64,000 bases of DNA from Sphingomonas sp. (GCF_025363195.1 NZ_JANYEK010000048.1:4629-68628), one strand, 5' to 3'; shown: positions 31,419-42,077, numbered from the stretch's first letter. Made by a program: numbers and translations. Notes: generated by a model not told the origin, from the letters alone.

Positions 31419-31970
31419 TCAGGCCGCCACCGGCTCCTTTTCAAGCGCTGCGATCAGGGCCTTGCTGAACGCGGGAATATCGTCCGGTTTGCGGCTCGTG
31501 ATGAACTGGCCGTCCACTACCACTTCTTCGTCCACTACGTTCGCCCCGGCATTGGACAAATCGGTGCGGAGTGACGGCCAGCTCGTCATGCGCACGCCGT
31601 CCACCACATCCGCCTCGATCAGCAGCCAAGGCGCATGGCAGATCGCCGCGACCGTCTTCCCGTCGTCGACAAAGTCCTGCACGATCTCCACCGCGCGCTC
31701 TTCCATGCGCAGCGCATCGGGATTGGCCACGCCGCCGGGCAGCAGCAAGGCGGTGTAATCATCGCTGTCGACATCGGCCAAGGTCATATCGGGCGTGATA
31801 GTCTTGCCTTTCACGTCATGTTCCATGCCCTGGATCGGGTCGGTGCCGATCGATGCGAGCGTCACTTTGACGCCGGCATCGAGCAATGCCTGGCGCGGAT
31901 CGAACAATTCGGATTGTTCGAAACCGTCGGTGGCGATGATCAGGACGTGGGCGTGCGACAAATCGGCCAT
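31419..31970 (-). CDS. PfpI/DJ-1 family protein (YhbO-like)
   Basis: DGFEQSE, LPGG..NPDALR, AAICHAPW, TSRKPDD. Confidence 0.92.
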   Translation of the reverse strand: MADLSHAHVLIIATDGFEQSELFDPRQALLDAGVKVTLASIGTDPIQGMEHDVKGKTITPDMTLADVDSDDYTALLLPGGVANPDALRMEERAVEIVQDFVDDGKTVAAICHAPWLLIEADVVDGVRMTSWPSLRTDLSNAGANVVDEEVVVDGQFITSRKPDDIPAFSKALIAALEKEPVAA

Positions 31971-32000
31971 AGGGAATTTCCTTGCTTGGGGAACAGCCCG

Positions 32001-32059
32001 AACCCGCCCGATGCGATCGGGTTCCGGCCGATGTGGAACGAAGCGACGGGCCGCGCATT
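32001..32059. promoter_or_regulatory. Back-to-back EcfG (general stress sigma) promoters
   Basis: Minus strand: GGAAC(32025-21)-N16-GGTT(32004-01). Plus strand: GGAAC(32035-39)-N16-CATT(32056-59). Confidence 0.72.
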
Positions 32060-32069
32060 TCGCAAGACG

Positions 32070-33089
32070 ATGAGCGCACGCATAATCTATCACGACGATT
32101 CCGAACCCGGCATCACCCGCAAGAAGATGTCGCATGGCTGGGGCTATTACGACCCGCACGGTACGCGCATCACCGATCGCGACGAGATCGACCGGCTTAA
32201 CGCCGTCGGCCTGCCCCCAGCCTACCGCGATGCATGGTTCTGCCCCAAGCCCAACGGCCATATTCAGGGCGTCGGCTGGGACGAAAAGGGCCGCAAGCAA
32301 TATCGCTACCACGGCGATTTTCGGGAGAAACGCGATCACGCCAAATACGATCTTTGCGCACCATTCGGTCGCGCACTGCCCAAACTACGCGCACGGGTGG
32401 ACAAGGATCTGAAGCGTCGCGCACTGACGAAGCATGCCGCCGTTGCGGCCGTCGTCCGCTTGCTCGATCTCGGCCATGTTCGGGTCGGCAACGAAGGCTA
32501 TGTGAAAGAGAATAAGAGCTACGGCGCAACCACGTTGCGCAAGCGCCATGCCGATCTGCACGGCCGCACGCTGAAGTTGCAATACAAGGCCAAGTCGGGG
32601 AAACTGCGCAGCCTGACGATTACCGACCGATCGCTCAGTCGCTTCGTGAAGAAATGCCAGGATCTGGATTGCCAGCACCTGTTCAGCTGGGTCGATGAAA
32701 AGGGTGGCTGCCACCCGGTCACTTCATCCGACGTCAATGAATACATTCGCGACGCGATGGGCGAAGGCTATACCGCGAAACATTTCCGGACCTGGAGCGC
32801 CAGCGCCATCGCGTTCGAGGCGATCGCGACGGCCGATCACGATATCGGGTTGAAGACGATGCTGGAGCCGGTGACCGAGGCGCTGGGCAATACCCCGGCC
32901 ATCGCGCGCAAATCCTATGTTCATCCTGCGCTCCTCGCGTTGGTGAAAAAGGGACAGACGAAATTTCGTAACGGGCTGTCGCTTCCCCGTCAGACCAAAT
33001 ATCTCTCACGAGCCGAACGCGGGCTGATCGCTTTCCTGGATCATGCTAAGCCCGGGGCCAAGCCAGTTCGCGCCGCCAAGGCTGCCTGA
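32070..33089 (+). CDS. DNA topoisomerase IB (bacterial, poxvirus-like)
   Basis: GRKQYRYH, RVGN, SYGATTL, KAKSG, AKHFRTW, LGNTPAIARKSY. The catalytic R-K-R-N-Y set is present. Confidence 0.93.
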   Translation: MSARIIYHDDSEPGITRKKMSHGWGYYDPHGTRITDRDEIDRLNAVGLPPAYRDAWFCPKPNGHIQGVGWDEKGRKQYRYHGDFREKRDHAKYDLCAPFGRALPKLRARVDKDLKRRALTKHAAVAAVVRLLDLGHVRVGNEGYVKENKSYGATTLRKRHADLHGRTLKLQYKAKSGKLRSLTITDRSLSRFVKKCQDLDCQHLFSWVDEKGGCHPVTSSDVNEYIRDAMGEGYTAKHFRTWSASAIAFEAIATADHDIGLKTMLEPVTEALGNTPAIARKSYVHPALLALVKKGQTKFRNGLSLPRQTKYLSRAERGLIAFLDHAKPGAKPVRAAKAA

Positions 33090-33109
33090 GACCTTTTCCG
33101 AGAGTTATC

Positions 33110-34336
33110 ATGACCAATATGACGGCCGCCAGGGCGACCCGACCCACCGAGGACCTCGGCGCGCAGGCACAGAGGTTGTTCGAAGCCAGTTTTGCGTGGT
33201 TCCACACGCATTGGTTGCAGATCATCATCGCCTGCGCCATCGGCACCGGTATCTTCCTGGCACTGCACGCCGCGCGCAAGCTGGGCACCGGGTTGTGCGA
33301 ACGTAGCAAGGGCCCGAATGGCTGGGGCCGCGTGTTCGGTCGCGCGATCGGCATGACCGGTAATTTCTTCATGCTGATGGTCGCGACCAAGCTGGTCACC
33401 GGCTATTCCGGCGCACCGCCCCAGGTCGCCAGCACGGTCACGTTCCTGTTCACGGTTGCCGCCGTGTTCCAGGCCGCATTCTGGGCTCGCGAGATTATCC
33501 TCGGCGCGATCGGCCACCGCACCGCATCCGAACATTATTCGGGCGAGGCGCTGGGTAGCGCGATGAGCATCATCCGCCTGCTCGTCACCTTCGCCGTGTT
33601 CGCCATCGCCCTGATCGTCGTACTCGACAATCTCGGTGTGAACGTGACGGGGCTGATCGCCGGCCTGGGTGTAGGCGGCATCGCCATCGGCTTGGCCGCG
33701 CAGGGCATTTTCGCCGATCTGTTCGCCGCTATCGCCATCATCTTCGACCGCCCGTTTCGGAAGGGCGACGCGATCACCTTCGGTACCTCCGCCGGTTCGG
33801 TCGAGGCGATTGGCGTGAAATCCACCCGCGTCCGCGCACCGAGCGGCGAAGAATTGATCATCGCCAACCGCCTGTTGCTCGACAAGGAAATCATTAACAA
33901 TACGCGCCGCGAATATCGCCGTGTAAAGTTCACCCTCAGCCTCGTGCAATGGACATCGGTCGATGTAATGGACCGGCTGCACGATATCCTGAAGGAGGAG
34001 GTCGAGCGCTGCGAGTTGAAATTCGTTCGCGCAGGCTTTGTCGGTTTCGGGGCGAGCAGCTTCGATTTCGACATCGAGTTCGATTCGGAAAATGCGGCGT
34101 TCCAGGATTTCTTCGACGCGCGCCACACCGTCGCGCTGGCGATCATCCGTCGCTTCAATGCGGAAGGCATCGAACTCGCTTATTCCACGCAGACCACGTT
34201 CACCGCCGCGCCGCGGGGCGGCATGATCATGCCCTACGCCGCCGATCCGCCCGCCGCGCCGGCGCCCTCGACCATCGTCGATGCGCCGCCCACCCCGCGC
34301 GAGAAATCTACCGACCGCTCGGCGGTGGATGGCTGA
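33110..34336 (+). CDS. MscS family mechanosensitive channel
   Basis: GLIAGLGVGGIAIGLAAQ, DRPFRKGD, G.VEAIGVKSTR. Confidence 0.92.
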   Translation: MTNMTAARATRPTEDLGAQAQRLFEASFAWFHTHWLQIIIACAIGTGIFLALHAARKLGTGLCERSKGPNGWGRVFGRAIGMTGNFFMLMVATKLVTGYSGAPPQVASTVTFLFTVAAVFQAAFWAREIILGAIGHRTASEHYSGEALGSAMSIIRLLVTFAVFAIALIVVLDNLGVNVTGLIAGLGVGGIAIGLAAQGIFADLFAAIAIIFDRPFRKGDAITFGTSAGSVEAIGVKSTRVRAPSGEELIIANRLLLDKEIINNTRREYRRVKFTLSLVQWTSVDVMDRLHDILKEEVERCELKFVRAGFVGFGASSFDFDIEFDSENAAFQDFFDARHTVALAIIRRFNAEGIELAYSTQTTFTAAPRGGMIMPYAADPPAAPAPSTIVDAPPTPREKSTDRSAVDG

Positions 34337-34520
34337 GCTTTCTTTCGATTCGCGCTTTTAGAATATCGGGTTCGGAGACCACCGCGACGACGAGGCCCCG
34401 TTCTGCCTTGTAGACGCTACGTCCTGCGCCGGTTTCCAGTATCGGGTCGGGTGCAGGCTTGCGCCCGGCGGGCCGTAGTGGCATTTGCGCGGCGCACCAT
34501 GATTTTCGAGGAAGCACATC

Positions 34521-34979
34521 GTGACGACGATCACCGCACAGGAAATGGCCGGCCGGATCGGCACCGAAAGCGTCTCCGAATGGGTCGAGGTCAGCCAGGA
34601 GATGATCGACAAGTTCGCCGATGCCACCGGTGATCATCAGTTCATTCACATCAACCCCGCAATGGCGGCGATGACCCCGTTTGGCGGCACGATCGCCCAC
34701 GGATTTCTCACGCTGTCGTTGATGCCGCTTTTGTCGTCCAAGATCATCGATCCGGTTACGGTCGAAGGCGTGAAGATGGGCGTGAATTATGGCGGCAACA
34801 AAGTCCGCTTCCTCACCCCGGTCCGCTCCGGCAGCAAGGTGCGCGGTCGGTTCAAGCTGCTGTCTTTCGATGAAAAGAAACCAGGCCAGTGGCAGCAGAC
34901 CAACGAATTCTCGGTTGAGATCGAAGGTTCCGACAAGCCTGCCATGATCGCCGAATGGATCAGCCAGATTTTCGTCTGA
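34521..34979 (+). CDS. MaoC family dehydratase
   Basis: FADATGDHQFIH, IAHGFLTLS, NYG..KVRF. GTG start. Confidence 0.92.
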   Translation: MTTITAQEMAGRIGTESVSEWVEVSQEMIDKFADATGDHQFIHINPAMAAMTPFGGTIAHGFLTLSLMPLLSSKIIDPVTVEGVKMGVNYGGNKVRFLTPVRSGSKVRGRFKLLSFDEKKPGQWQQTNEFSVEIEGSDKPAMIAEWISQIFV

Positions 34980-34996
34980 ATTGATAAAAACCAACA

Positions 34997-35080
34997 TCGT
35001 CATCCCAGCGCAGGCTGGGGTCTCGAGGTTCGGGCCGCAGCGCTCACCCGGAAAGACCCCAGCCTTCGCTGGGGTGACGA
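34997..35080. repeat. REP-like inverted repeat, family B
   Basis: TCGTCATCCCAGCGCAGGCTGGGGTCT ... AGACCCCAGCCTTCGCTGGGGTGACGA. 28 bp are identical to 51041-51068. Confidence 0.88.
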
Positions 35081-35105
35081 CCATAGCACCAAGAGGATCA
35101 CATCA

Positions 35106-36284
35106 ATGCGTTCAGCCGTAATCGTCTCCACCGCCCGCACGCCGATCGGTCGTGCGTATCGGGGTGCCTTCAACAACACGCCCTCGCCCACGCTGGCATC
35201 GCATTCGATCAGGGCCGCCGTCGAGCGTGCCGGGATCGAAGGTGGCCAAGTCGATGACGTCGTGTTCGGCTGCGCGCTGCAGCAGGGCCATCAGGCCGGC
35301 AACATCGCGCGCACCTCTCTGCTCCGCGCCGGTCTGCCCGTCACGGTGAGTGGTATGTCGGTCGATCGTCAGTGCGCATCGGGCCTGATGGCGATTGCCA
35401 CCGCCGCCAAGCAGATCATCACCGACAATATGGACATCACCATCGGTGGCGGCGTGGAATCCATCTCGCTCGTACAGACGCCGCAGATGCGCGTCGCGCC
35501 CGACCCCGAGCTGATCGCGATGCACCGCGACGTCTACATGCCGATGCTGCAGACGGCAGAAGTCGTGGCCAAGCGCTACAATATCAGCCGCGATGTGATG
35601 GACGAATATGCGCTCAAGTCGCAGCAGCGCACCGCCGCCGCGCAGGCCGCAGGCTATTACGACGCTGAAATCGTGCCGGTCACCGCCAACATGGCGATCG
35701 TCGACAAGGAAACGAAGGAAGTCTCCTACAAGCAGGTCACGATCTCCAAGGACGAGGGCAACCGCGCCGACACCACGCTGGAAGGCTTGAAGTCGCTGAA
35801 GCCCGTCATGGGGCCGGACATGACGATCACCGCCGGAAACGCGTCGCAGCTGTCGGACGGGTCGTCCGCCTCGGTGTTGATGGAAGAGTCGATCGCCTCG
35901 AAGCGCGGCCTGCAGCCGCTTGGCCGTTATATCGGCATGGCCGTCGGTGGCACCGAGCCGGACGAGATGGGCATCGGCCCGGTCGTTGCGATCCCGTTGC
36001 TGCTCAAGCGGTTCGGCCTGAAGATGGACGATATCGGGCTTTGGGAGTTGAACGAGGCGTTTGCGGTGCAGGTGCTGTATTGCCGCGACAAGCTCGGCAT
36101 TCCGGACGAATTGCTCAACGTCAGCGGCGGCGCGATCTCGATCGGTCATCCATACGGCATGACCGGCGCCCGCGCGACCGGCCACGCTTTGATCGAAGGC
36201 AGGCGTCGCGGGGCCAAGCATGTCGTGGTCACGATGTGCATCGGTGGCGGCATGGGCGCGGCCGGGTTGTTCGAGGTGCTGTGA
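35106..36284 (+). CDS. Acetyl-CoA C-acyltransferase (thiolase)
   Basis: RQCASG, NEAF, GHPYG, CIGGGMG. Confidence 0.95.
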   Translation: MRSAVIVSTARTPIGRAYRGAFNNTPSPTLASHSIRAAVERAGIEGGQVDDVVFGCALQQGHQAGNIARTSLLRAGLPVTVSGMSVDRQCASGLMAIATAAKQIITDNMDITIGGGVESISLVQTPQMRVAPDPELIAMHRDVYMPMLQTAEVVAKRYNISRDVMDEYALKSQQRTAAAQAAGYYDAEIVPVTANMAIVDKETKEVSYKQVTISKDEGNRADTTLEGLKSLKPVMGPDMTITAGNASQLSDGSSASVLMEESIASKRGLQPLGRYIGMAVGGTEPDEMGIGPVVAIPLLLKRFGLKMDDIGLWELNEAFAVQVLYCRDKLGIPDELLNVSGGAISIGHPYGMTGARATGHALIEGRRRGAKHVVVTMCIGGGMGAAGLFEVL

Positions 36285-36332
36285 TCCACGCCGATGCGTG
36301 ACAGTATCAAACTATAACGTCTCCTTGATGCG

Positions 36333-36370
36333 AGCCCCGGTCGTGACCACGGCCGGGGCTTCGATTTTTT
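36333..36370 (+). terminator. Probable intrinsic terminator after the thiolase
   Basis: AGCCCCGGTCGTG-AC-CACGGCCGGGGCT stem with a T-tract a few bases later. Confidence 0.65.
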
Positions 36371-36460
36371 GCGGGTGGCATCACCGACCTTGATACATCC
36401 GGCGGGAAACCCTTTGGCATCCACGCGTTATCTTCCCGAACCCCTTCGAGGAGCACCGCT

Positions 36461-36940
36461 ATGACCGACCCCGCAAAAATCAAGCAAGACATGTGGACCA
36501 AGATGTCCTCCAGTCCCTTCGTCATGGTCGGCCTGACCGACTCTGGCGAACATAGCGAGCCGCTGACTGCGCAACTTGACAAGGATCAGGTCGACACCCT
36601 GTTCTTCTTCATCGGCAAGGACAACCGCCTCGCCAAGGGCGGCAAGGCGATGGCGCAGTTCGTTTCCAAGGGGCATGATCTCTTTGCCTGCCTCAGCGGC
36701 ACGGCGCGTGTCGACAATGATTTTGCGATGATCGAAAAGCTCTGGAACAACCAGGTCGAGGCCTGGTTTCCGGGTGGCAAAAACGATCCTAACCTCGCGC
36801 TGCTACGCTTCGACATTGCCGATGCGGAATTGTGGGAGGCCGATGTGTCGCTGACCGGAAAGCTGAAGATGCTGTTCGGCGGCACCATCAAGCCGAGCGA
36901 AGCCGGCAGTCACGCCAAGGTTTCCACTACCGCCAGCTAA
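36461..36940 (+). CDS. General stress protein, pyridoxamine-5'-phosphate-oxidase-like FMN-binding split barrel
   Basis: FACLSG, KLW...EAWFPGGKNDPNLALLRF, AELW. An EcfG-like GGAAA-N16-CGTT lies at 36405-36429. Confidence 0.85.
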   Translation: MTDPAKIKQDMWTKMSSSPFVMVGLTDSGEHSEPLTAQLDKDQVDTLFFFIGKDNRLAKGGKAMAQFVSKGHDLFACLSGTARVDNDFAMIEKLWNNQVEAWFPGGKNDPNLALLRFDIADAELWEADVSLTGKLKMLFGGTIKPSEAGSHAKVSTTAS

Positions 36941-36948
36941 AAACCCAG

Positions 36949-37026
36949 CCGCTCCGTTCGAGCAAAGTCGGGAAAAACCGGATCGATGACCGGACACCAT
37001 TTCTCGACTGCGCTTGAAACGGACGG
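36949..37026. repeat. Degenerate REP-like inverted repeat, family A
   Basis: GTTCGAGCAAAGTCGGGAAA ... TTTCTCGACTGCGCTTGAAACGGACGG. Confidence 0.7.
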
Positions 37027-37175
37027 ATCAAATGATCGAAGATCAACTCTCTGCGTCGGCGTGCCTGGCAGGCCGGGCATCCAGACGTCTTCATGCCACG
37101 GTTTTTCGTCCTTCTCCGGTCGATATCGTCAACCAAACAGACAGTGAATTAGGTTTACGTTCTGTAGCAGGTCGA

Positions 37176-38420
37176 TCAGGCGTTGGAGGCGATCCATTTT
37201 TCGACGACGGGCGCAACGCGATCGCGCCACTTGCTACCGTTGAAGATGCCGTAATGGCCGGCCCCTTCTGCCATGTAATATTTCTTCTTTGCGGCCGGCA
37301 AATTGGTGGCGATGGTCAGCGCCGCCTTGGTCTGGCCAAGACCGGAAATATCATCCTTCTCACCCTCGATGGCGAGGATGCCGATGTCGGTGATCGCCGC
37401 CGGATCGACCTTGTTGCCGCGATGCAGCATCTCGCCCTTGGGCAGCGCATGATCCTGGAACACAACACTGATCGTCTGGAGATAGAATTCCGCCGTCATG
37501 TCGCAGACCGACCGATATTCTTCGTAAAAATCCTTCGACAGATCGGCGCTGTCATCATCGCCCTGAACGAGGTGTTTGAACATCTCGTAATGCGACATCA
37601 TGTGGCTGCCGAGGTTCATCGACATGAAACCCGCGAGTTGCAGGAATCCGGGATACACCCGCCGCCCCGCGCCGACATAGGTCGCAGGGATCGTCGCAAT
37701 CACATTCTGGCTGAACCAGCTGTGCGGCCGCTCGGTCGCCAGCGTGTTGACGGCGGTTGGCGCCTCGCGCGTGTCGACCGGTCCGCCCATCACGGTCAGC
37801 GTCTTGGGCCGATACGGATTCTTGTCGGCGCTCATCACGCAAGCCGCGGCGTAACAGGGTACGGAAGGCTGGCACACCGCGAGCATGTTCGCACGCTGGC
37901 CTTTCATGTCGCCGTCGCCGCCCTTCCCGATCACTTCGAGGAATTCGATGACGTAATCGACATAATCTTCGAGATCGAAAGTGCCGTCGCTGAGCGGCAC
38001 CTGCTTCGCATCGCGCCAGTCGGTGATGTACACGTCCGCCACCGGCAACATCCGCTCGACCGTACCGCGAAGCAACGTGGCATAATGGCCCGACATCGGC
38101 GCGACGATCAGCAGCTTTGGCCCGTCGGTCACGCCCTTACGCTTGAATCGCTTGAGCTGCCCGAAGGCTTTGCGCAGGACGATCTCTTCCTCGACTGCGA
38201 CCGGCTTGCCGTCGATGATCGTGTGATCCAGCCCGAAGGCGGGCTTGCCGCGCGGCGCTGCTGCGTGAGCGAACACTTCCAGTGCGGAAGCGACGATCGC
38301 GCCGCCGCCCATATACGAGAAAGGATTGGCTGGATTGTTTAGCCACCCTGCGCTGAAATCGGCCATCGCGCTGGCGCCGGCCAGCATGGATTTCTGCATC
38401 TCATAGGCGTTGTACAGCAT
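37176..38420 (-). CDS. phaZ: Intracellular polyhydroxyalkanoate depolymerase
   Basis: MLY start, APMSGHYATLLR, YITDW, AVCQP, EGEKDDISG, GHYGIF. Confidence 0.93.
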   Translation of the reverse strand: MLYNAYEMQKSMLAGASAMADFSAGWLNNPANPFSYMGGGAIVASALEVFAHAAAPRGKPAFGLDHTIIDGKPVAVEEEIVLRKAFGQLKRFKRKGVTDGPKLLIVAPMSGHYATLLRGTVERMLPVADVYITDWRDAKQVPLSDGTFDLEDYVDYVIEFLEVIGKGGDGDMKGQRANMLAVCQPSVPCYAAACVMSADKNPYRPKTLTVMGGPVDTREAPTAVNTLATERPHSWFSQNVIATIPATYVGAGRRVYPGFLQLAGFMSMNLGSHMMSHYEMFKHLVQGDDDSADLSKDFYEEYRSVCDMTAEFYLQTISVVFQDHALPKGEMLHRGNKVDPAAITDIGILAIEGEKDDISGLGQTKAALTIATNLPAAKKKYYMAEGAGHYGIFNGSKWRDRVAPVVEKWIASNA

Positions 38421-38574
38421 GGCATACCCAGTTTTTGAAATCGTTTCTCTTCGCAGGTGCGGCATAAGCCCGTCCGACAGCGCTGACAATGACACAAAAG
38501 AGCTACTGGAAGGTAGCATACCCACCATCGTGGCCCGTTGAGAGACTGACGCCATCCTGCTAGCGGTGCGCGCA

Positions 38575-40368
38575 ATGTCCGACACACGCACCATCCCCGC
38601 CGCCGCGCAGGACGCAGCCCCGAAACGTCGCCTCGGCGACCTGGCAATGGTGTGGCAGCACGCGCGCAATTATCCGCGTCAGATCATTACCGCGGGCCTC
38701 GCGTTGATCTTCACCTCGGCGGCGACGATCGGCATTCCTTATGGCTTCAAGCGCGTGATCGATCGTGGCTTCGGTCCGGGCGAGAGCGGCACGGTCGACT
38801 CGTCATTCCATTACCTGCTGATGATCGTCGTGGTGCTGGCGCTCGCCACCGCAGTGCGCTTCTATTACGTCTCGTGGTTGGGCGAACGTGTCGTCGCGGA
38901 CATCCGCACCTCGGTGCAGGCGCATCTGCTGACGCTCACGCCGCGCTTCTTCGAGGAGAACAGGCCGTCGGAAATCGCCTCGCGCCTCACCTCGGACACG
39001 ACGTTGATCGAACAGGTCGTCGGCACTACCGTTTCGGTGGCGCTGCGCAACAGTTTCACCGGTATCGGCGGGCTGATCTATCTGTTCGCCATCTCGCCCA
39101 AACTGGCGGGCATGCTGATGCTCGGCATCCCGGCGATCATCCTGCCGATGGCTCTGCTGGGCCGACGCGTGCGCAACCAGTCGCGCCAGTCGCAGGACCG
39201 CGTCGCCGATGTCGGGTCGATCGCGGTCGAGACCTTGGGCGCGATGAAGATCGTTCAGGCATTCGGTCAGGAAAGCCGCGAGGCCAAGCGCTTTTCCGAC
39301 GCAGTCGCCGCCACGTTCGCCGCCGCGCGCCGCCGCATCGCATTGCGCGCAGTGATGACCGCGATCGTCATCGGGCTGATCTTCGGGTCGATCACGCTCG
39401 TATTGTGGGAAGGCGCGGTGGATGTCGCGGCAGGACGCATCAGCGGTGGATCGATCGCCGCATTCGTGCTGACCGGCGGCATCGTGGCGGGTGCATTCGG
39501 CTCCTTGACCGAAGTGTATGGCGACTTGTTGCGCGGCGCCGGCGCGGCCAGCCGCCTTGCGCAATTGCGCGCCGAACAGCCCGAGATTGCCCCGCCCGCG
39601 CACCCGGTCACCCTGCCCTTGCCCGCACGCGGCGCGCTGACCTTCGATTCCGTCGAGTTCCGCTATCCGACCCGGCTCGACATGCCCGCATTGCACGACT
39701 TCTCGCTCGACATCGCGCCGGGTGAAACGGTCGCGGTGGTCGGCCCGTCGGGCGCTGGGAAGACGACCCTGTTCCAGTTGATCCAACGCTTCTACGATCC
39801 CGAAAGCGGGGAAATCCGCATGGATGGCGTGTCGCTGCGCGATGCCGAGCCCGCCGAAATCCGCCGCCGCATTGCGATGGTGCCGCAGGAAACGGTGATC
39901 TTCGGCGCCTCGGCGCGCGACAATCTGCGCTATGGCAAATGGGAAGCCGGAGACGAAGAATTATGGGCCGCCGCCGAAGCCGCCAACGCTGCGGAGTTCC
40001 TGCGCAAGCTGCCCGAGGGGCTCGACACTTTTCTCGGAGAAGGCGGCGCGCGCCTGTCGGGGGGGCAACGCCAGCGCGTCGCCATCGCACGCGCCTTGCT
40101 ACGTGATGCGCCGATCCTGCTGCTCGATGAGGCGACCAGCGCGCTCGATGCCGAAAGCGAACGCCTCGTGCAGCAGGCGCTGGAACGCCTGATGCAACAC
40201 CGTACGACGATCGTCATCGCTCACCGCCTCGCCACGGTCCGCGCGGCGCAGCGGATCATCGTGATGAGCGACGGCCGCATCGTCGAATCCGGCGATCATG
40301 CCGGGCTGATCGGCCAGAACGGTCTTTACGCCCGTTTGGCCAGCCTGCAATTCAACGAAGCGGCCTGA
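38575..40368 (+). CDS. ABC exporter, fused permease/ATPase (MsbA-like)
   Basis: TM domain, GPSGAGKT, LSGGQRQR, LLLDEATSALD, IAHRL. Confidence 0.93.
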   Translation: MSDTRTIPAAAQDAAPKRRLGDLAMVWQHARNYPRQIITAGLALIFTSAATIGIPYGFKRVIDRGFGPGESGTVDSSFHYLLMIVVVLALATAVRFYYVSWLGERVVADIRTSVQAHLLTLTPRFFEENRPSEIASRLTSDTTLIEQVVGTTVSVALRNSFTGIGGLIYLFAISPKLAGMLMLGIPAIILPMALLGRRVRNQSRQSQDRVADVGSIAVETLGAMKIVQAFGQESREAKRFSDAVAATFAAARRRIALRAVMTAIVIGLIFGSITLVLWEGAVDVAAGRISGGSIAAFVLTGGIVAGAFGSLTEVYGDLLRGAGAASRLAQLRAEQPEIAPPAHPVTLPLPARGALTFDSVEFRYPTRLDMPALHDFSLDIAPGETVAVVGPSGAGKTTLFQLIQRFYDPESGEIRMDGVSLRDAEPAEIRRRIAMVPQETVIFGASARDNLRYGKWEAGDEELWAAAEAANAAEFLRKLPEGLDTFLGEGGARLSGGQRQRVAIARALLRDAPILLLDEATSALDAESERLVQQALERLMQHRTTIVIAHRLATVRAAQRIIVMSDGRIVESGDHAGLIGQNGLYARLASLQFNEAA

Positions 40369-40383
40369 GCCCTCCGCTCCCCC

Positions 40384-40641
40384 TCAAACGAGGTGGAAAA
40401 AGTGCCGTGCGATGAAGATCACCACGATCGCGCCGAGGATTGAATAGAGGAAGCCGGCGGGATGGAATGGCTGGCGCGCGACCGCTGGCTGGAACATGTT
40501 GCCGACGAATCCGGCGAGCAGCGACCCGGCAATGCCGAGCACCGCGCTCAGGATCAGCCCCATGTGCACGGCCCCGGGATAGAAAAACCGCGCCAATATG
40601 CCCACGATCAAGCCGACGATCAGCATGCGAACGATATGCAT
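40384..40641 (-). CDS. GlsB/YeaQ/YmgE family membrane protein
   Basis: IVGLIVGILARFFYPG...LGIAGS...SILGA. GGGAGAGG SD. Confidence 0.88.
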   Translation of the reverse strand: MHIVRMLIVGLIVGILARFFYPGAVHMGLILSAVLGIAGSLLAGFVGNMFQPAVARQPFHPAGFLYSILGAIVVIFIARHFFHLV

Positions 40642-40830
40642 TGTACCTCTCCCTTTATCCCGCCGTTTCGGCGATGATTATTACGGAATGCTAACGATCG
40701 CCGCTGGATTGGCAAATGATGAATCCGTCATCATCACGGCAATGGCGAAACGCTTGTCCCCGCCGCGCGTCTGCCGCACATTCAGGACAGAATCGAGCGA
40801 CCGGGCAGCATTCCGGCGAAGGAGAGCGAG

Positions 40831-41985
40831 ATGAGAGATTTCGACATCATCGTGTACGGTGCCACCGGCTTCACCGGTCGCCTCGTCGCGGAATATCTCA
40901 CCCAGAACGCCGCGCCCCGCTGGGCGATGGCGGGCCGATCGCTGACCAAGTTGCAGGAGGTTCGCGACGAGATCGGCGCGCCGGCCGATACGCCGCTGAT
41001 CGTTGCCAATTCCGACGACGCCGCCACCCTGAAAGCCATGTGCCAGCGCACGGAGGTCTTGCTGACGACGGTCGGCCCGTACCAGCTTTACGGCAACGAT
41101 CTCGTCGCCGCCTGCGCCGAAACCGGCACGGCCTATGTCGATCTGTGCGGCGAACCGGCGTGGATGCGCCACATGATCGACGCGCATCACGAAACCGCCA
41201 GACGCACCGGCGCACGCATCGTGTTCAGTTGTGGGTTCGATTCGATCCCCTTCGACCTGGGCGTCCTGACCTTGCAAGAAGCGGCGAAAGCGAAGGGCGG
41301 CCACCCCGCGCCGCGCGTGAAGTGCCGCGTGCGCAAGATGCAGGGCACGTTCTCCGGGGGCACGGCGGCCAGCCTGAAGGCGACGCTTGCCGCCGCCGCA
41401 CGCGACCCGAGCATTTTTGGCCTGCTGATCAACCCGTTCGCGCTGACCCCCGGGTTTGACGGACCGAGCCAGCCCAAAGGCATGTTGCCCGAATATGACC
41501 GGACGATCGGCGCCTGGGTCGCGCCGTTTATCATGGCGCCGATCAACACCAAGAACGTCCACCGCACCAACTTCCTGCTCGGCGAAAGCTACGGGGCCGA
41601 CTTCGTCTATGACGAGATGGTGGTCGCACCCGGCCTCGGCGACATGGGCAAGGCGGCGGCGGAAGCGATCGCCCGCATCAATCCGATGGCCAGCGACAAA
41701 GGCCCCAAGCCCGGCGAAGGCCCAAGCAAGGAAGAACGCGACAACGGTTTCTACGACCTGCTGTTCATTGGCGAAATGGCGGACGGCACGCGGCTCGACG
41801 CGGTCGTCACCGGCGATCGCGATCCGGGTTACGGATCGACCAGCAAGATGATCGCCGAAGCCGCTTTGTGTCTGGTCCACGACGTACAGGGAGACGGCGG
41901 CATCTGGACGCCCGGCGCATTGATGGGTGTGCCGTTGCGCAAGCGGCTGATCGACAATGCCGGGCTGACCTTCACGGCGGGGTGA
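40831..41985 (+). CDS. Saccharopine dehydrogenase-like oxidoreductase (trans-acting enoyl reductase family)
   Basis: YGATGFTG, VGPY, YVDLCGE, CGFDSIPFD, SGGT, DPGYGST. Confidence 0.9.
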   Translation: MRDFDIIVYGATGFTGRLVAEYLTQNAAPRWAMAGRSLTKLQEVRDEIGAPADTPLIVANSDDAATLKAMCQRTEVLLTTVGPYQLYGNDLVAACAETGTAYVDLCGEPAWMRHMIDAHHETARRTGARIVFSCGFDSIPFDLGVLTLQEAAKAKGGHPAPRVKCRVRKMQGTFSGGTAASLKATLAAAARDPSIFGLLINPFALTPGFDGPSQPKGMLPEYDRTIGAWVAPFIMAPINTKNVHRTNFLLGESYGADFVYDEMVVAPGLGDMGKAAAEAIARINPMASDKGPKPGEGPSKEERDNGFYDLLFIGEMADGTRLDAVVTGDRDPGYGSTSKMIAEAALCLVHDVQGDGGIWTPGALMGVPLRKRLIDNAGLTFTAG

Positions 41986-42077
41986 CGACGTATCCGGAAA
42001 CGCTTCGTGCGCCGATCAAAGGTCCGTGCTTCGGCATGCTCAACATAAAAGGGGTGGGTGGCGCCACCCCAGCCGGG

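Noticed and set aside
31635-32069. N-terminal extensions in the ORF track (topIB, pfpI, purQ, phaZ, SDR, thioesterase, kinase)
   Set aside because: They overlap neighbouring genes or promoters. Shorter starts match the family N-termini and SD or coupling signals.
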